Assembly (NCBI GenBank): GCA_963675755.2
Contig: CAXXMD010000002.1
Location: 1,504,001-1,568,000 of the forward strand
DNA length: 64,000 bases
Direction of reading: 5' to 3'
Origin: a bacterium
GTDB taxonomy: Bacteria; Zhuqueibacterota; Zhuqueibacteria; Residuimicrobiales; Krinioviventaceae
Shown: in pieces, positions 1 through 8,918 of the stretch
Layout of the letters: each line of letters opens with the position of its first letter
Position numbering within the stretch: position 1 is the stretch's first letter
Notes under the pieces: generated by a model
Database searches by the model: none
Told to the model about the DNA's origin: nothing
Seen by the model: only the letters and a program-made list of their open reading frames with translations
Position numbers and translations under genes: made by a program

Positions 1-151
1 TTCACCCGGGTATGGCGTCACCGTTGGCGCTGAATACGTAAATTCACAATTCAGTTTCGGTCTAAGATATTCAAAAGCATTTACCGAGGTTTATAAAGAT
101 TTTGATTTTCAATTCAGCACTATTCAATTAATGTTTGGCATTTCTTTATAA
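1..151 (+). CDS. 3' end of probable outer-membrane beta-barrel (PorT/porin-like) protein, truncated by window start
   Basis: Frame from position 2 reads SPGYGVTVGAEYVNSQFSFGLRYSKAFTEVYKDFDFQFSTIQLMFGISL* with alternating hydrophobic beta-strand pattern; TAA at 149-151. Confidence 0.6.
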   Translation, partial: SPGYGVTVGAEYVNSQFSFGLRYSKAFTEVYKDFDFQFSTIQLMFGISL

Positions 152-236
152 AATCAATATTGCAAGCATTGTTTAGCCCTTAAATATTTAATGGCCCTGA
201 ATTATCTTAAATTACAGGGCCATATCCTATTTTCAC

Positions 237-265
237 TTGATAATGTCCCGCAAAGCTGTTATATT
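237..265 (+). promoter_or_regulatory. putative sigma70 promoter of the uppP-holA operon
   Basis: TTGATA (237-242), 17-nt spacer, TATATT (260-265) preceded by extended -10 TG. Confidence 0.5.
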
Positions 266-324
266 AATCCCAATTTAAAATTATAAAAAATCATACCCCC
301 TATTCTCGAACTGAAAGGATTTAT

Positions 325-1143
325 GTGAATATAGGTCAGGCATTGTTATTAGGTATTCTGCAGGGGTTGACAGAATTTTTACCCGTAAGTAGTTCAGGGC
401 ACCTTGTACTTGGAAAAATTTTACTAGGCATTCCGGAAAACGGAATCGCATTTGAAATATTTGTTCATTTTGGTACCTTGTTGGCTGTATTGGTAGCTTT
501 TCGAAAAGATATATGGCATATGATAAAATCTGTACTGGCAGCATTTAAATATATTGCATCACCAGCAAAACTTGCAGAACAATACCATCGTGATTCTGAA
601 TTACGATTGGCATTTTATATTATCATTGGCACCATACCCGCTGTTATCATTGGTTTATTATTCCAAGACAGCATCGAAAGCGCGTTTAATGATCCGCATT
701 TGGTAAGTATCATGCTCATTGTTACATCAGCCATTCTCTTTTCTACATTATTTATAAAACATGCGATTACTGATATAAAATTACCCAAAGCCATCATTAT
801 CGGATTTGCACAATCCCTTGCAATTTTACCGGGCATTTCCCGTTCAGGTTCAACCATCAGCTTTGGTATGTTTCTTAAAGTAGATGGTAATCGCGCGGCT
901 CGCTTTTCGTTCCTGCTTGCAATCCCGGCAATACTGGGTGCAACCGTTTTAAAAATATCAGATCTCATCCATGCAGGCATAGACAGCAATTACCTGCTTG
1001 TTCTTGCAGTCGGCACAATTGCTGCATTTATTTCAGGATACATTGCGATCATTTTTTTGTTAGATATAGTAAAACGTGGTAAACTGTACTGGTTTGCTCC
1101 CTATTGTCTTATCATTGGTATAATGGGGCTTTTGTTTATATAA
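325..1143 (+). CDS. uppP: undecaprenyl-diphosphate phosphatase
   Basis: Motifs GILQGLTEFLPVSSSGHL and AILPGISRSGSTI; multiple TM segments. Confidence 0.97.
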   Translation: MNIGQALLLGILQGLTEFLPVSSSGHLVLGKILLGIPENGIAFEIFVHFGTLLAVLVAFRKDIWHMIKSVLAAFKYIASPAKLAEQYHRDSELRLAFYIIIGTIPAVIIGLLFQDSIESAFNDPHLVSIMLIVTSAILFSTLFIKHAITDIKLPKAIIIGFAQSLAILPGISRSGSTISFGMFLKVDGNRAARFSFLLAIPAILGATVLKISDLIHAGIDSNYLLVLAVGTIAAFISGYIAIIFLLDIVKRGKLYWFAPYCLIIGIMGLLFI

Positions 1144-1171
1144 ACAGATTAACAGTTTTTCAGAGGGCAGC

Positions 1172-2164
1172 GTGGCAATAACCGAACAATCACTTTTAAC
1201 GGCATTAAAAAAGAAAAAAATTGCACCCGCATATTTTTTGCACGGAAAAGAACAGTTTCTTGTAGAGAAATACATGCAGGCAATTCTTGACCATGCGCTT
1301 ACCCCGGGTGATGAAGACTTTAACCTTGATTTATTATATGGTAATGAAATAGAAGGTTCACAAATTGTAAATGCTGCCATGGCTTTTCCCATGATGGCAG
1401 ACAGGCGTGTTGTAATAGTTAAAAACATTCACCTGGTTAAAGACGCAGGACTTGATCTATTGATCAAATATTTAAAGAAACCATCCTCAACTACCTGTCT
1501 GGTTTTAACCAGTGCGTCTAAAGAAAAAAAACGATTACGTGACATTGCCAAGCTTTGTGACGAACTTGAATGCAGCCCTATCAAAGACTATAAAATACCG
1601 GAATGGATCAAAGAATATTTAAAAGGGAAACATTTAAAGATCACAGAAGAAGCCCTGCGCTTTTTACACGGTCATGCCGGTAGTTCTCTTCAAACCATTA
1701 GCAGTGAAATAGAAAAGATTGTATTAAATTTAGACAATAAAGATCTGATTGATATAAGCGATGTTGAAGCTGTCGTTGGAATATCCAAACAATATAACGT
1801 GTTTGAACTCTGCGACCGTGTAGGCCACAAAGATATTGTAAACAGCATACATATTGTAAACCAATTGATCCAATTGGGTGAAGCACCGGGTATGATCATA
1901 AGCCAGCTTGCACGGCATTTTCAGCGGCTCATTATACTCAAAGAACTCAAAGCCGATAAAAAAAGCAATGATGACATTGCCAAAGTCATTAAATGCCATC
2001 CCTTCTTTGTTAAAAACTATACCCAGCAGGCAAATAAATTTGACTGGGTTCAAATCACCAAAGTTTTCAACCTGCTGCTGGAAACAGATGTTGAATTAAA
2101 ATCAAGCAGACAAAAACCAATTCTATTGCTTGAACTGTTTCTACTGAAATTGAAATACTTGTAA
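1172..2164 (+). CDS. holA: DNA polymerase III subunit delta
   Basis: PAYFLHGKEQFL N-terminus, FPMMADRRVVIVK, C-terminal LLETDVELKSS; typical length. Confidence 0.93.
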   Translation: MAITEQSLLTALKKKKIAPAYFLHGKEQFLVEKYMQAILDHALTPGDEDFNLDLLYGNEIEGSQIVNAAMAFPMMADRRVVIVKNIHLVKDAGLDLLIKYLKKPSSTTCLVLTSASKEKKRLRDIAKLCDELECSPIKDYKIPEWIKEYLKGKHLKITEEALRFLHGHAGSSLQTISSEIEKIVLNLDNKDLIDISDVEAVVGISKQYNVFELCDRVGHKDIVNSIHIVNQLIQLGEAPGMIISQLARHFQRLIILKELKADKKSNDDIAKVIKCHPFFVKNYTQQANKFDWVQITKVFNLLLETDVELKSSRQKPILLLELFLLKLKYL

Positions 2165-2170
2165 TTTACT

Positions 2171-2198
2171 GGAACTTTTTTAAACCATAGGTGTTAGA
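2171..2198 (+). promoter_or_regulatory. putative autoregulated ECF (RpoE-type) promoter
   Basis: GGAACTT -35 element at 2171-2177 followed about 15 nt later by GTTAGA, directly upstream of the ECF sigma gene. Confidence 0.5.
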
Positions 2199-2208
2199 TA
2201 AATACAGA

Positions 2209-2802
2209 ATGACGGCCAAAGAAATATCAAATTCAAACTTGACCGATGAGGAACTCATTCGCAAATTCCAGGAAGGCGATCTTTATGCCTACGATCTCAT
2301 CGTCCGCCGGTACAAGGATCAGTTATTGAACTTTGCTTACCGCTTTTTGGGTAATTTGGAAGAGTCTGAGGACGTCGTTCAGGAAACATTTTTGAGATTG
2401 TATAGAAATCGGCACGCGTATAAACAGATTGCCAAATTCTCTACATGGATCTATACCATTGCAGGAAACCTGGCAAAAACTGAACTACGCAAACGTAAAC
2501 GCCGTAAACTGGTATCCATATCAGACATGGGCTTTGAAGAAAAAGAATTCGAGATCGAAGATGAAGGTGCCAATACGGAAAGGTTGACAGATTCCGTGTT
2601 AAAGGAAAAGATCATTCAGGATGCAATCGAAAAATTACCATTCAGGTTTAAACAAGTAATCATCCTGAGAGATATTCAGGAACTTTCATATGAGGACATT
2701 AGTTCAATTTTACGAATTCCATTAGGAACGGTTAAATCACGGGTCAACAGAGCCCGTCTGAAATTACAGTCCCTGTTGGGAGATATAGTAGAAAAAAATT
2801 AA
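2209..2802 (+). CDS. ECF RNA polymerase sigma factor (RpoE/SigW-like)
   Basis: EDVVQETFLRLY, FSTWIYTIAGN, LSYEDIS..LRIPLGTVKSRVNRAR; start taken at ATG 2209 (the ORF-track GTG at 2191 overlaps the putative -10). Confidence 0.93.
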   Translation: MTAKEISNSNLTDEELIRKFQEGDLYAYDLIVRRYKDQLLNFAYRFLGNLEESEDVVQETFLRLYRNRHAYKQIAKFSTWIYTIAGNLAKTELRKRKRRKLVSISDMGFEEKEFEIEDEGANTERLTDSVLKEKIIQDAIEKLPFRFKQVIILRDIQELSYEDISSILRIPLGTVKSRVNRARLKLQSLLGDIVEKN

Positions 2803-2818
2803 TAACAAAGAGGCGCCA

Positions 2819-3472
2819 ATGGCAGTTTGTTACCAATTCTTGAAACACATTAACGACTACATAGATAACGACATTGATCCAACAGAACTAAAACTGCTCA
2901 ACAAACATATGGCAGAATGCGATGAATGCCGTCTCTATGTTGAACGTTCTAAAGCGGTGAAACTCTCCTTATCTGCTTTACCGAGGTACAAGACCTCTTC
3001 TTCTTTTGATATCGTTTTTAAGGAACGTCTGAGAAACGAGATCAAACAGGAGAAAATCAGCAGGTGGTCTTTACCTTTTCAATTCAACTTTACAAATCCT
3101 GTACGAATTCCTGCAATGGCAGCTGGTGCATTTGCAATCGTTGTGATTGGTTTGTTTATTTCACAGCCGCTGTTTGTCAGCAATGATTCCCGTCAACCTG
3201 CAGTTGCCGGACAGGATGCATTTAGCACAGAGTCAATTGTTGTACCAGCATCCCAGAGCACAACAAATGATCAGTCTCTTAAAATGAGAAATTATGTTAA
3301 TGTTCGGGAACAATTCCATCTTGATGGGCAATACTCGAATTATTCAATACAGTCCAATAATGCATCAGGAAGAATTGAGCGGTCCAGTGATAATGACAGC
3401 ATTCGCGCTTTTCAATCGAATACAAATGACAAACCCTTAATTCGTCAGGCGAATTCGACAGTACATTTCTAA
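2819..3472 (+). CDS. zinc-binding (zf-HC2/ZAS) transmembrane anti-sigma factor
   Basis: HMAECDEC (HxxxCxxC) motif, single TM segment (MAAGAFAIVVIGLFI), directly downstream of ECF sigma. Confidence 0.88.
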   Translation: MAVCYQFLKHINDYIDNDIDPTELKLLNKHMAECDECRLYVERSKAVKLSLSALPRYKTSSSFDIVFKERLRNEIKQEKISRWSLPFQFNFTNPVRIPAMAAGAFAIVVIGLFISQPLFVSNDSRQPAVAGQDAFSTESIVVPASQSTTNDQSLKMRNYVNVREQFHLDGQYSNYSIQSNNASGRIERSSDNDSIRAFQSNTNDKPLIRQANSTVHF

Positions 3473-3497
3473 GTTGAATTTTTAAATGTGGTGAATC

Positions 3498-4703
3498 ATG
3501 CAGCATAAAAAATCGACCATTTTTTATCTAATGGTGTATTGCATATTATGGAGCACATACGTACAGGCAGATAACGGATCTTTTCTAAAGCAATTCGAAC
3601 GGGAAATGACAGGCCTTGTTAAAACCATTTCCCCCTCTATTGTAACTATTTCCGCCAAGTTTGATTATTCCTATATCCAGGACTCTAAAGGGTCTATTCT
3701 TAATTTTAAAGATACCAAAAAACAACCCATTGAAATTACCAATATTGGTTCAGGCTTTATTATTGACAGTACATTTATTATTACCAAAACTTCGGTTATA
3801 AATGGCAGTCAGGATATTCAGGTAATTTATAATGACAGTACCATTCAAAAAGCCACTGTTCTGGGTACTGATCCTGAATTGGGAATATCCATCATTCAGG
3901 TGGACTCTGTTATTCAACACCCCTTGCAATTTGGAAATTCAGACAGCCTGAGCATGGGTTGCTGGGTCATGTTGATGGGTAATTCCATGGGCATTGCTCC
4001 CTCAGTATCCTTTGGAATTGTCAACTGTATTCGCAAAGATGATATATTCCAGGTATCTACCAATGTTGCGGCAGGCAACGCGGGTGGTGCGATTTTCAAC
4101 ACCAATGGAGAGATGGTGGGTATGCTTACAAGCGCTAAAGAAATTGAAAGCGACTCTCCTATTTTGGGCTCTTCCTTTTTTGCCAGCGAAACCGTCTTTG
4201 CCCACCCTTCCAAAAAGATACAAAATGTTGTAGAATCCATTATCGAAAGAAGTAAACTACCAACTGGATGGATTGGTGTAACAGCAGAAGACTGGCCGGG
4301 TCATAATGGCGGTGTACATATCAGCAAGGTTACCCCAGGCGGGCCCGCTGAAAACGCCGGCTTGCGCATTGGCGACATTATACTAACTATCAATGGTAAA
4401 AAAATTAATCATACCCTTGATCTTGCCAACCATATTAAATTTTTACGTCCTGGTGAAAAGATACAATTCAAGGTCCTCACCAGCAAAGGTATGAATGTTA
4501 AGTCTGTGACTGTTGGTGAACAACCGGGTCAAAATTCAAGCTATTATACAAACGCACCAAACCCCATACTGCAGAATGTTCCGTTTCTGGAACAGGTAAA
4601 TCAATCGGAAGCATCAGGACAAAATAAACAAATTTTAATGCAGCGTATCGATATGTTGGAACAAGAAATCCATTCTCTCAAGAATATGATTGAAAAAAGA
4701 TAA
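3498..4703 (+). CDS. HtrA/DegS-like trypsin-fold + PDZ protein, catalytic triad apparently lost
   Basis: Signal peptide, PSIVTI..GSGFII, GNSMG..SVSFGIV, GNAGGA, PDZ (GWIGV..GGPAENAGLRIGDIILTING), C-terminal coiled coil. Confidence 0.88.
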   Translation: MQHKKSTIFYLMVYCILWSTYVQADNGSFLKQFEREMTGLVKTISPSIVTISAKFDYSYIQDSKGSILNFKDTKKQPIEITNIGSGFIIDSTFIITKTSVINGSQDIQVIYNDSTIQKATVLGTDPELGISIIQVDSVIQHPLQFGNSDSLSMGCWVMLMGNSMGIAPSVSFGIVNCIRKDDIFQVSTNVAAGNAGGAIFNTNGEMVGMLTSAKEIESDSPILGSSFFASETVFAHPSKKIQNVVESIIERSKLPTGWIGVTAEDWPGHNGGVHISKVTPGGPAENAGLRIGDIILTINGKKINHTLDLANHIKFLRPGEKIQFKVLTSKGMNVKSVTVGEQPGQNSSYYTNAPNPILQNVPFLEQVNQSEASGQNKQILMQRIDMLEQEIHSLKNMIEKR

Positions 4704-4722
4704 CCAACTGCATACAATTATC

Positions 4723-4750
4723 TTGACTTTTTCAAAAAAAGTGCTAAATT
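4723..4750 (+). promoter_or_regulatory. putative sigma70 promoter for rdgB/tRNA-Pro
   Basis: TTGACT (4723-4728) and TG-C-TAAATT extended -10 (4742-4750). Confidence 0.4.
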
Positions 4751-4799
4751 ATAATTCTGTTTTAAAATAAACAGAAACGTTCTTTGAAGAAAAAATAAA

Positions 4800-5393
4800 A
4801 TGAAAACAATATTACTGGCAACAAAAAATAAAGACAAAGTAACCGAACTGAAACAAATCCTTGGAGATTTGCCGGTTGTTTTAAAATCTGCCAGCGATAT
4901 GGATCAAATTCCAACGGTTGAAGAAGATCAGGATACCCTTCAAGGTAACGCGATCAAAAAAGCAACCGAGTATTCATTAGCAGCAGGCTTACCTGCACTT
5001 GCAGATGATACAGGCTTGGAAGTTGACGCTCTTGATGGAGAACCCGGAGTTAATTCGGCTCGATACGCCGGCCCCGATGCAACCTATCAGGACAATATGA
5101 ACAAGCTTGTTTCACAAATGGCAGGTGTTTCTCAGGAAAACCGTAAAGCACGATTCAGAACAGTCATTGCTTTTGTTGATGGCGAAAACGTACAAACGGT
5201 TGAAGGTGTCTGCGAGGGAGAAATTCTGGATAATCCAACCGGAGATAAAGGTTTTGGTTACGATCCGGTTTTCTACTATCCCCCACTTGCAAAAACATTT
5301 GCAGAAATGAATACGGAAGAAAAAAACAGGATCAGTCACCGAGGACTGGCACTGCAAAAGATTAGAGATTATTTAAAAGATTATATAAAATAG
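4800..5393 (+). CDS. rdgB: non-canonical purine NTP pyrophosphatase (RdgB/HAM1)
   Basis: ATKNKDK, ADDTGLEVDALDGEPGV.SARYAG, GFGYDPVF, KNRISHRG motifs. Confidence 0.97.
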   Translation: MKTILLATKNKDKVTELKQILGDLPVVLKSASDMDQIPTVEEDQDTLQGNAIKKATEYSLAAGLPALADDTGLEVDALDGEPGVNSARYAGPDATYQDNMNKLVSQMAGVSQENRKARFRTVIAFVDGENVQTVEGVCEGEILDNPTGDKGFGYDPVFYYPPLAKTFAEMNTEEKNRISHRGLALQKIRDYLKDYIK

Positions 5394-5400
5394 TACCACT

Positions 5401-5475
5401 CGGGGTGTAGCGCAGCCCGGTTAGCGCGCCTGCTTTGGGAGCAGGAAGTCGAGAGTTCGAATCTCTCCACCCCGA
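5401..5475 (+). tRNA. tRNA-Pro (anticodon TGG); CCA not encoded
   Basis: Cloverleaf: acceptor CGGGGTG/CACCCCG, anticodon arm CCTGC-TTTGGGA-GCAGG, T arm GAGAG-TTCGAAT-CTCTC. Confidence 0.97.
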
Positions 5476-5481
5476 CATTTG

Positions 5482-5515
5482 AAAGCCAATGTTAATTATA
5501 AGCATTGGCTTTTTT
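5482..5515 (+). terminator. intrinsic terminator after tRNA-Pro
   Basis: AAAGCCAATG...CATTGGCTTT stem followed by T-tract. Confidence 0.8.
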
Positions 5516-5565
5516 GTTTTACATGCTTAATACCTGCCTGGCGCGTCCGCCAGAGGCGGAAATTA

Positions 5566-5753
5566 GAGAGTTAGTCAATCTACACCTCGACAGATTAAGG
5601 CTGGATAAACAATTCGGCTTTTTTTATTTATACCCAAAGAGAGACAGAGCCTGTCCGATCTTTACAGGACTTGTTCGCCTACTGGCGAAAATCTCTCCAC
5701 CCCGACATAAAAAGGCTGGATAAACAATCCGGCCTTTTTTTATTTATATCCCA
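5566..5753 (+). repeat. two tRNA-linked repeat units (tRNA-Pro 3' end + terminator hairpin)
   Basis: Exact 19-bp copy AATCTCTCCACCCCGACAT at 5690-5708 (=5460-5478); degenerate copy GAGAGTTAGTCAATCTACACCTCGACA at 5566-5592; each is followed by AAGGCTGGATAAACAATYCGGC-T-tract-ATTTATA. Confidence 0.8.
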
Positions 5754-6111
5754 ATTATTCCTCTAATTATATTGTGGGAAAAAGAGTATTCCTTACCCAC
5801 AAGTCAAGACTACAAACTATACAATAGTTCAATATCCTGATTTTAACATGAATGTTAAGTCTCAAAAATGGTTGATTTTGCAAATTGTTAAAATTATTGG
5901 TTCATATATATACATCTCTGGAGATAAAATATTAAATCTAACATATTCTAAAAATATAAATGTGGTATGAAAATTGTATATTAATGATTATATTTTTTTT
6001 TGTCAGTTGAAATATTTTTAAAATGAAATAATAATAATTTATCGATTTGATTTTTTAAGCTCTGGCTGTATAAATAAAAAAACATGAACAAAAATAATAG
6101 TATAAAAGATA

Positions 6112-8628
6112 ATGAAGAGTAGTAGCAGTAAAAATTCCGACCACCAAAAGACGCAAGAAAAACTATTGGAAAGTGAGAATAATCTAAGAGCACTTTTCAG
6201 CGCAATGACAGATATTGTAATTGAATTGGATTACAATGGAAAATATATTGACATTGCACCCACATCACCTCAACTTTTATTTAAACCTTCAAATGATACA
6301 ATTGGAAAAACATTGCATCAAGTATTTCCAAAACCTCAAGCCGATCTTTTTCTAAAATTTATTCGTAAAAGCCTTGATGAAAATAAAACAAATATTATAG
6401 AATATCCTCTAGTTATTGATAACAAAACAATCTGGTTTGAAGGTAGAGGAACTCCAAAATCAAAAAACAGCATTATTTTTATTGCAAGAGATATCACCGA
6501 ACGCAAAAAGGCGGAAGAAAAGCTACAAGAAAGCGAAAAAAAATTCAGAACTATTTTTGAAAACATAAATATCGCAACAGGCATATTGAGTAAAGATGGT
6601 TGTATCCGAGATTGTAATTCCAATTTTGTTGAATTGAGCGGATATAAAAAATCAGACATTATTGATAAAATGAAATGGTCGGATTTTGTAGTGAAAGAAG
6701 ATCTTGAAAGATTGCAACAACATCATTCGCAATGTCTTGAGCAAGATGCTCCTCCTACACAATATGAGTGCAGTATAATAAATAATAACGGAAAAATCCT
6801 TTATATTATTGCAAATATCTCTATGATGGGATCTACACAGATACTTTCACTTACTGATATAACAGATCGAAAGAAATCTGAAAAAAATATACAGCAAAAC
6901 AATGCTAAACATTTATCTATATTTGCAAGAATCAGTGATGTTGTTGGAATTATGACCAGCGATTGTGTAATAAAATATAAAAGCCCCAATATAGAAAAAT
7001 TGTTTGGTTGGAAACCTGAAGACCTTATCGGTAAAGATATCTGGGGGACAGTGCATCCTGAAGATATTGATAGTTTAAAAAAAGAATTTTCTACAATACT
7101 TGAAAAATCGAATGCTGAAACAACTCTTGAATATAGATATAAATGCAAAGACAATACTTACAAGTGGATAGTACTTACAGCACTCAATTGTATTGAAGAT
7201 ATCAATATTAATGGAATATTACTCAATTATCATGATATCACTAAACGAAAACAGGTTGAGGAAGCATTACGGGATAGTGAGTTACGCTTTAAAGCACTAC
7301 ACAATGCCTCTTTTGGAGGGATAGCCATACATAATAAGGGGCTTATTCTTGATTGTAATAAGGGGCTTTCAGAAATAACCGGATATAGCAATGAAGAACT
7401 TGTAAGTATGGATGGCTTGTTATTAATATCTGACGATACTCGAGAGTTGGTAGTTTCTAATATAATGTCGGGCTATGAAAAACCCTATGAAGTAATCGGT
7501 GTTCGGAAAAATGGTGAGAGATATTCGCTAAGAATTGAATCAAGGAATATACCTTATAAAGGTGAAAAAGTTAGGGTTGTTGAATTTAGAGATATTACCG
7601 AGAGCAAGCGAGCCGAAGATGCTTTAAGGGAAAGTGAAGAAAAATTCCGCACCATGACCGAACAGATTAGTGAAATGATTTATCTGACTGATAGTAAAGG
7701 TATAATCAAATATATTTCACCTGCATCAGTTTTAATCTTTGGCTATTCACCACAAGAAATGGAAGGCAAAAGATTTACTAAATTCTTGAAAAAGTCAGAG
7801 ATACCAAAAGCGATGAAAGCATTTATGAACTCGATCATATCCGGTTCGCAAACAATTGATTTACATTTGATCATGAAGCATAAAAACGGAAGCAACTTTT
7901 ACGGAGAGCTGTCTGGTCAAAAATATGAATCAGAAAGTCTCAAGGGTACTATTGGAGTTATTCGAGATATATCTGCACGAAAAATAGCAGAGATGAAAAT
8001 CGAATCAGCTCTCAGAGAAAAAGAAATCCTTCTGAAAGAAATCCATCACCGTGTAAAAAACAACCTGGCTGTTCTCAGCAGCCTTATTAATCTACAGTCC
8101 AAAAAGATTCAAACTAAAGAACAAGCGTTGGATGCATTTATGAACAGCCGCGACAGAATTCATGCTATTGCTTCTGTTCATGAAAGTTTTTACAGATCAG
8201 ATGACTTTTCTACTATTGATTTACAGAGTTATGTGAAAAAACTAGTAAAGGATCTTGTACGAATTTACCAAGGTACCGTAGAGATTACCCAGGATTTACA
8301 TATTGCCGATATAACAATAGACCTTAATCGTGCCGTTCCCTGCGGTTTGCTGCTGAATGAGGTGGTCACCAACGCGTTGAAACACGCTTTTAAAGACAAT
8401 AAAAAAGGCTGTCTGACGATTAATTTGGACACAATAGAAAATGAGCGTGTATGCCTTCTGGTTCAGGATGATGGAGTGGGCCTACCGGAACAATTTATAA
8501 GCGGAAAATCCGGATCGCTGGGTATGGAACTGATCTCAGTACTCACAAAACAGTTGGATGGAGAGTTAACCATCAAAGTGGAAAATGGAACTGCGTTTTC
8601 AATTACTTTTCCCATGCATGACGTATGA
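6112..8628 (+). CDS. multi-PAS sensor histidine kinase (HisKA_2/HWE-type), cytoplasmic
   Basis: Repeated PAS/PAC ends (RDITERK, TDITDRK, HDITKRK, RDITESK, RDISARK), H-box EIHHRVKNNL, N-box LLLNEVVTNALKHAF, G1 DDGVG. Confidence 0.93.
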   Translation: MKSSSSKNSDHQKTQEKLLESENNLRALFSAMTDIVIELDYNGKYIDIAPTSPQLLFKPSNDTIGKTLHQVFPKPQADLFLKFIRKSLDENKTNIIEYPLVIDNKTIWFEGRGTPKSKNSIIFIARDITERKKAEEKLQESEKKFRTIFENINIATGILSKDGCIRDCNSNFVELSGYKKSDIIDKMKWSDFVVKEDLERLQQHHSQCLEQDAPPTQYECSIINNNGKILYIIANISMMGSTQILSLTDITDRKKSEKNIQQNNAKHLSIFARISDVVGIMTSDCVIKYKSPNIEKLFGWKPEDLIGKDIWGTVHPEDIDSLKKEFSTILEKSNAETTLEYRYKCKDNTYKWIVLTALNCIEDININGILLNYHDITKRKQVEEALRDSELRFKALHNASFGGIAIHNKGLILDCNKGLSEITGYSNEELVSMDGLLLISDDTRELVVSNIMSGYEKPYEVIGVRKNGERYSLRIESRNIPYKGEKVRVVEFRDITESKRAEDALRESEEKFRTMTEQISEMIYLTDSKGIIKYISPASVLIFGYSPQEMEGKRFTKFLKKSEIPKAMKAFMNSIISGSQTIDLHLIMKHKNGSNFYGELSGQKYESESLKGTIGVIRDISARKIAEMKIESALREKEILLKEIHHRVKNNLAVLSSLINLQSKKIQTKEQALDAFMNSRDRIHAIASVHESFYRSDDFSTIDLQSYVKKLVKDLVRIYQGTVEITQDLHIADITIDLNRAVPCGLLLNEVVTNALKHAFKDNKKGCLTINLDTIENERVCLLVQDDGVGLPEQFISGKSGSLGMELISVLTKQLDGELTIKVENGTAFSITFPMHDV

Positions 8629-8918
8629 ACCTGATAATCGTTTTATAAACAGTTCTGGGAAAATAGATTATTTTTTTAGCCCACACCTGTAAGTACTAAC
8701 CTGAGATGTTGTCAAAATTATAAACTGGATAAATCCAACACTTTTTAAATTTTACTCCCAATATAGGCAGAACCTGTCTGCCCTAAATAACGCCACCTCC
8801 CTACACTGAAAATTTTGAATGCCTTTTATTACTAGAAAAAATCCTCTGTCTTTTATTAGAAAATATTTTATCTTAAGAATAATAGCAAATGCATAATAAC
8901 CTATATAAAGGTATTATT

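Noticed and set aside
5460-5708. attL/attR pair bounding a prophage or genomic island
   Set aside because: The repeats are only about 230 bp apart with no integrase; no distal copy was noticed in this window
5505-5723. 72-aa ORF after the tRNA
   Set aside because: Runs entirely through terminator and repeat DNA; no RBS or protein-like features
8764-8784. TAGGCAGAACCTGTCTGCCCTA hairpin
   Set aside because: Single short degenerate copy; may be a decayed REP or weak terminator, not supportable
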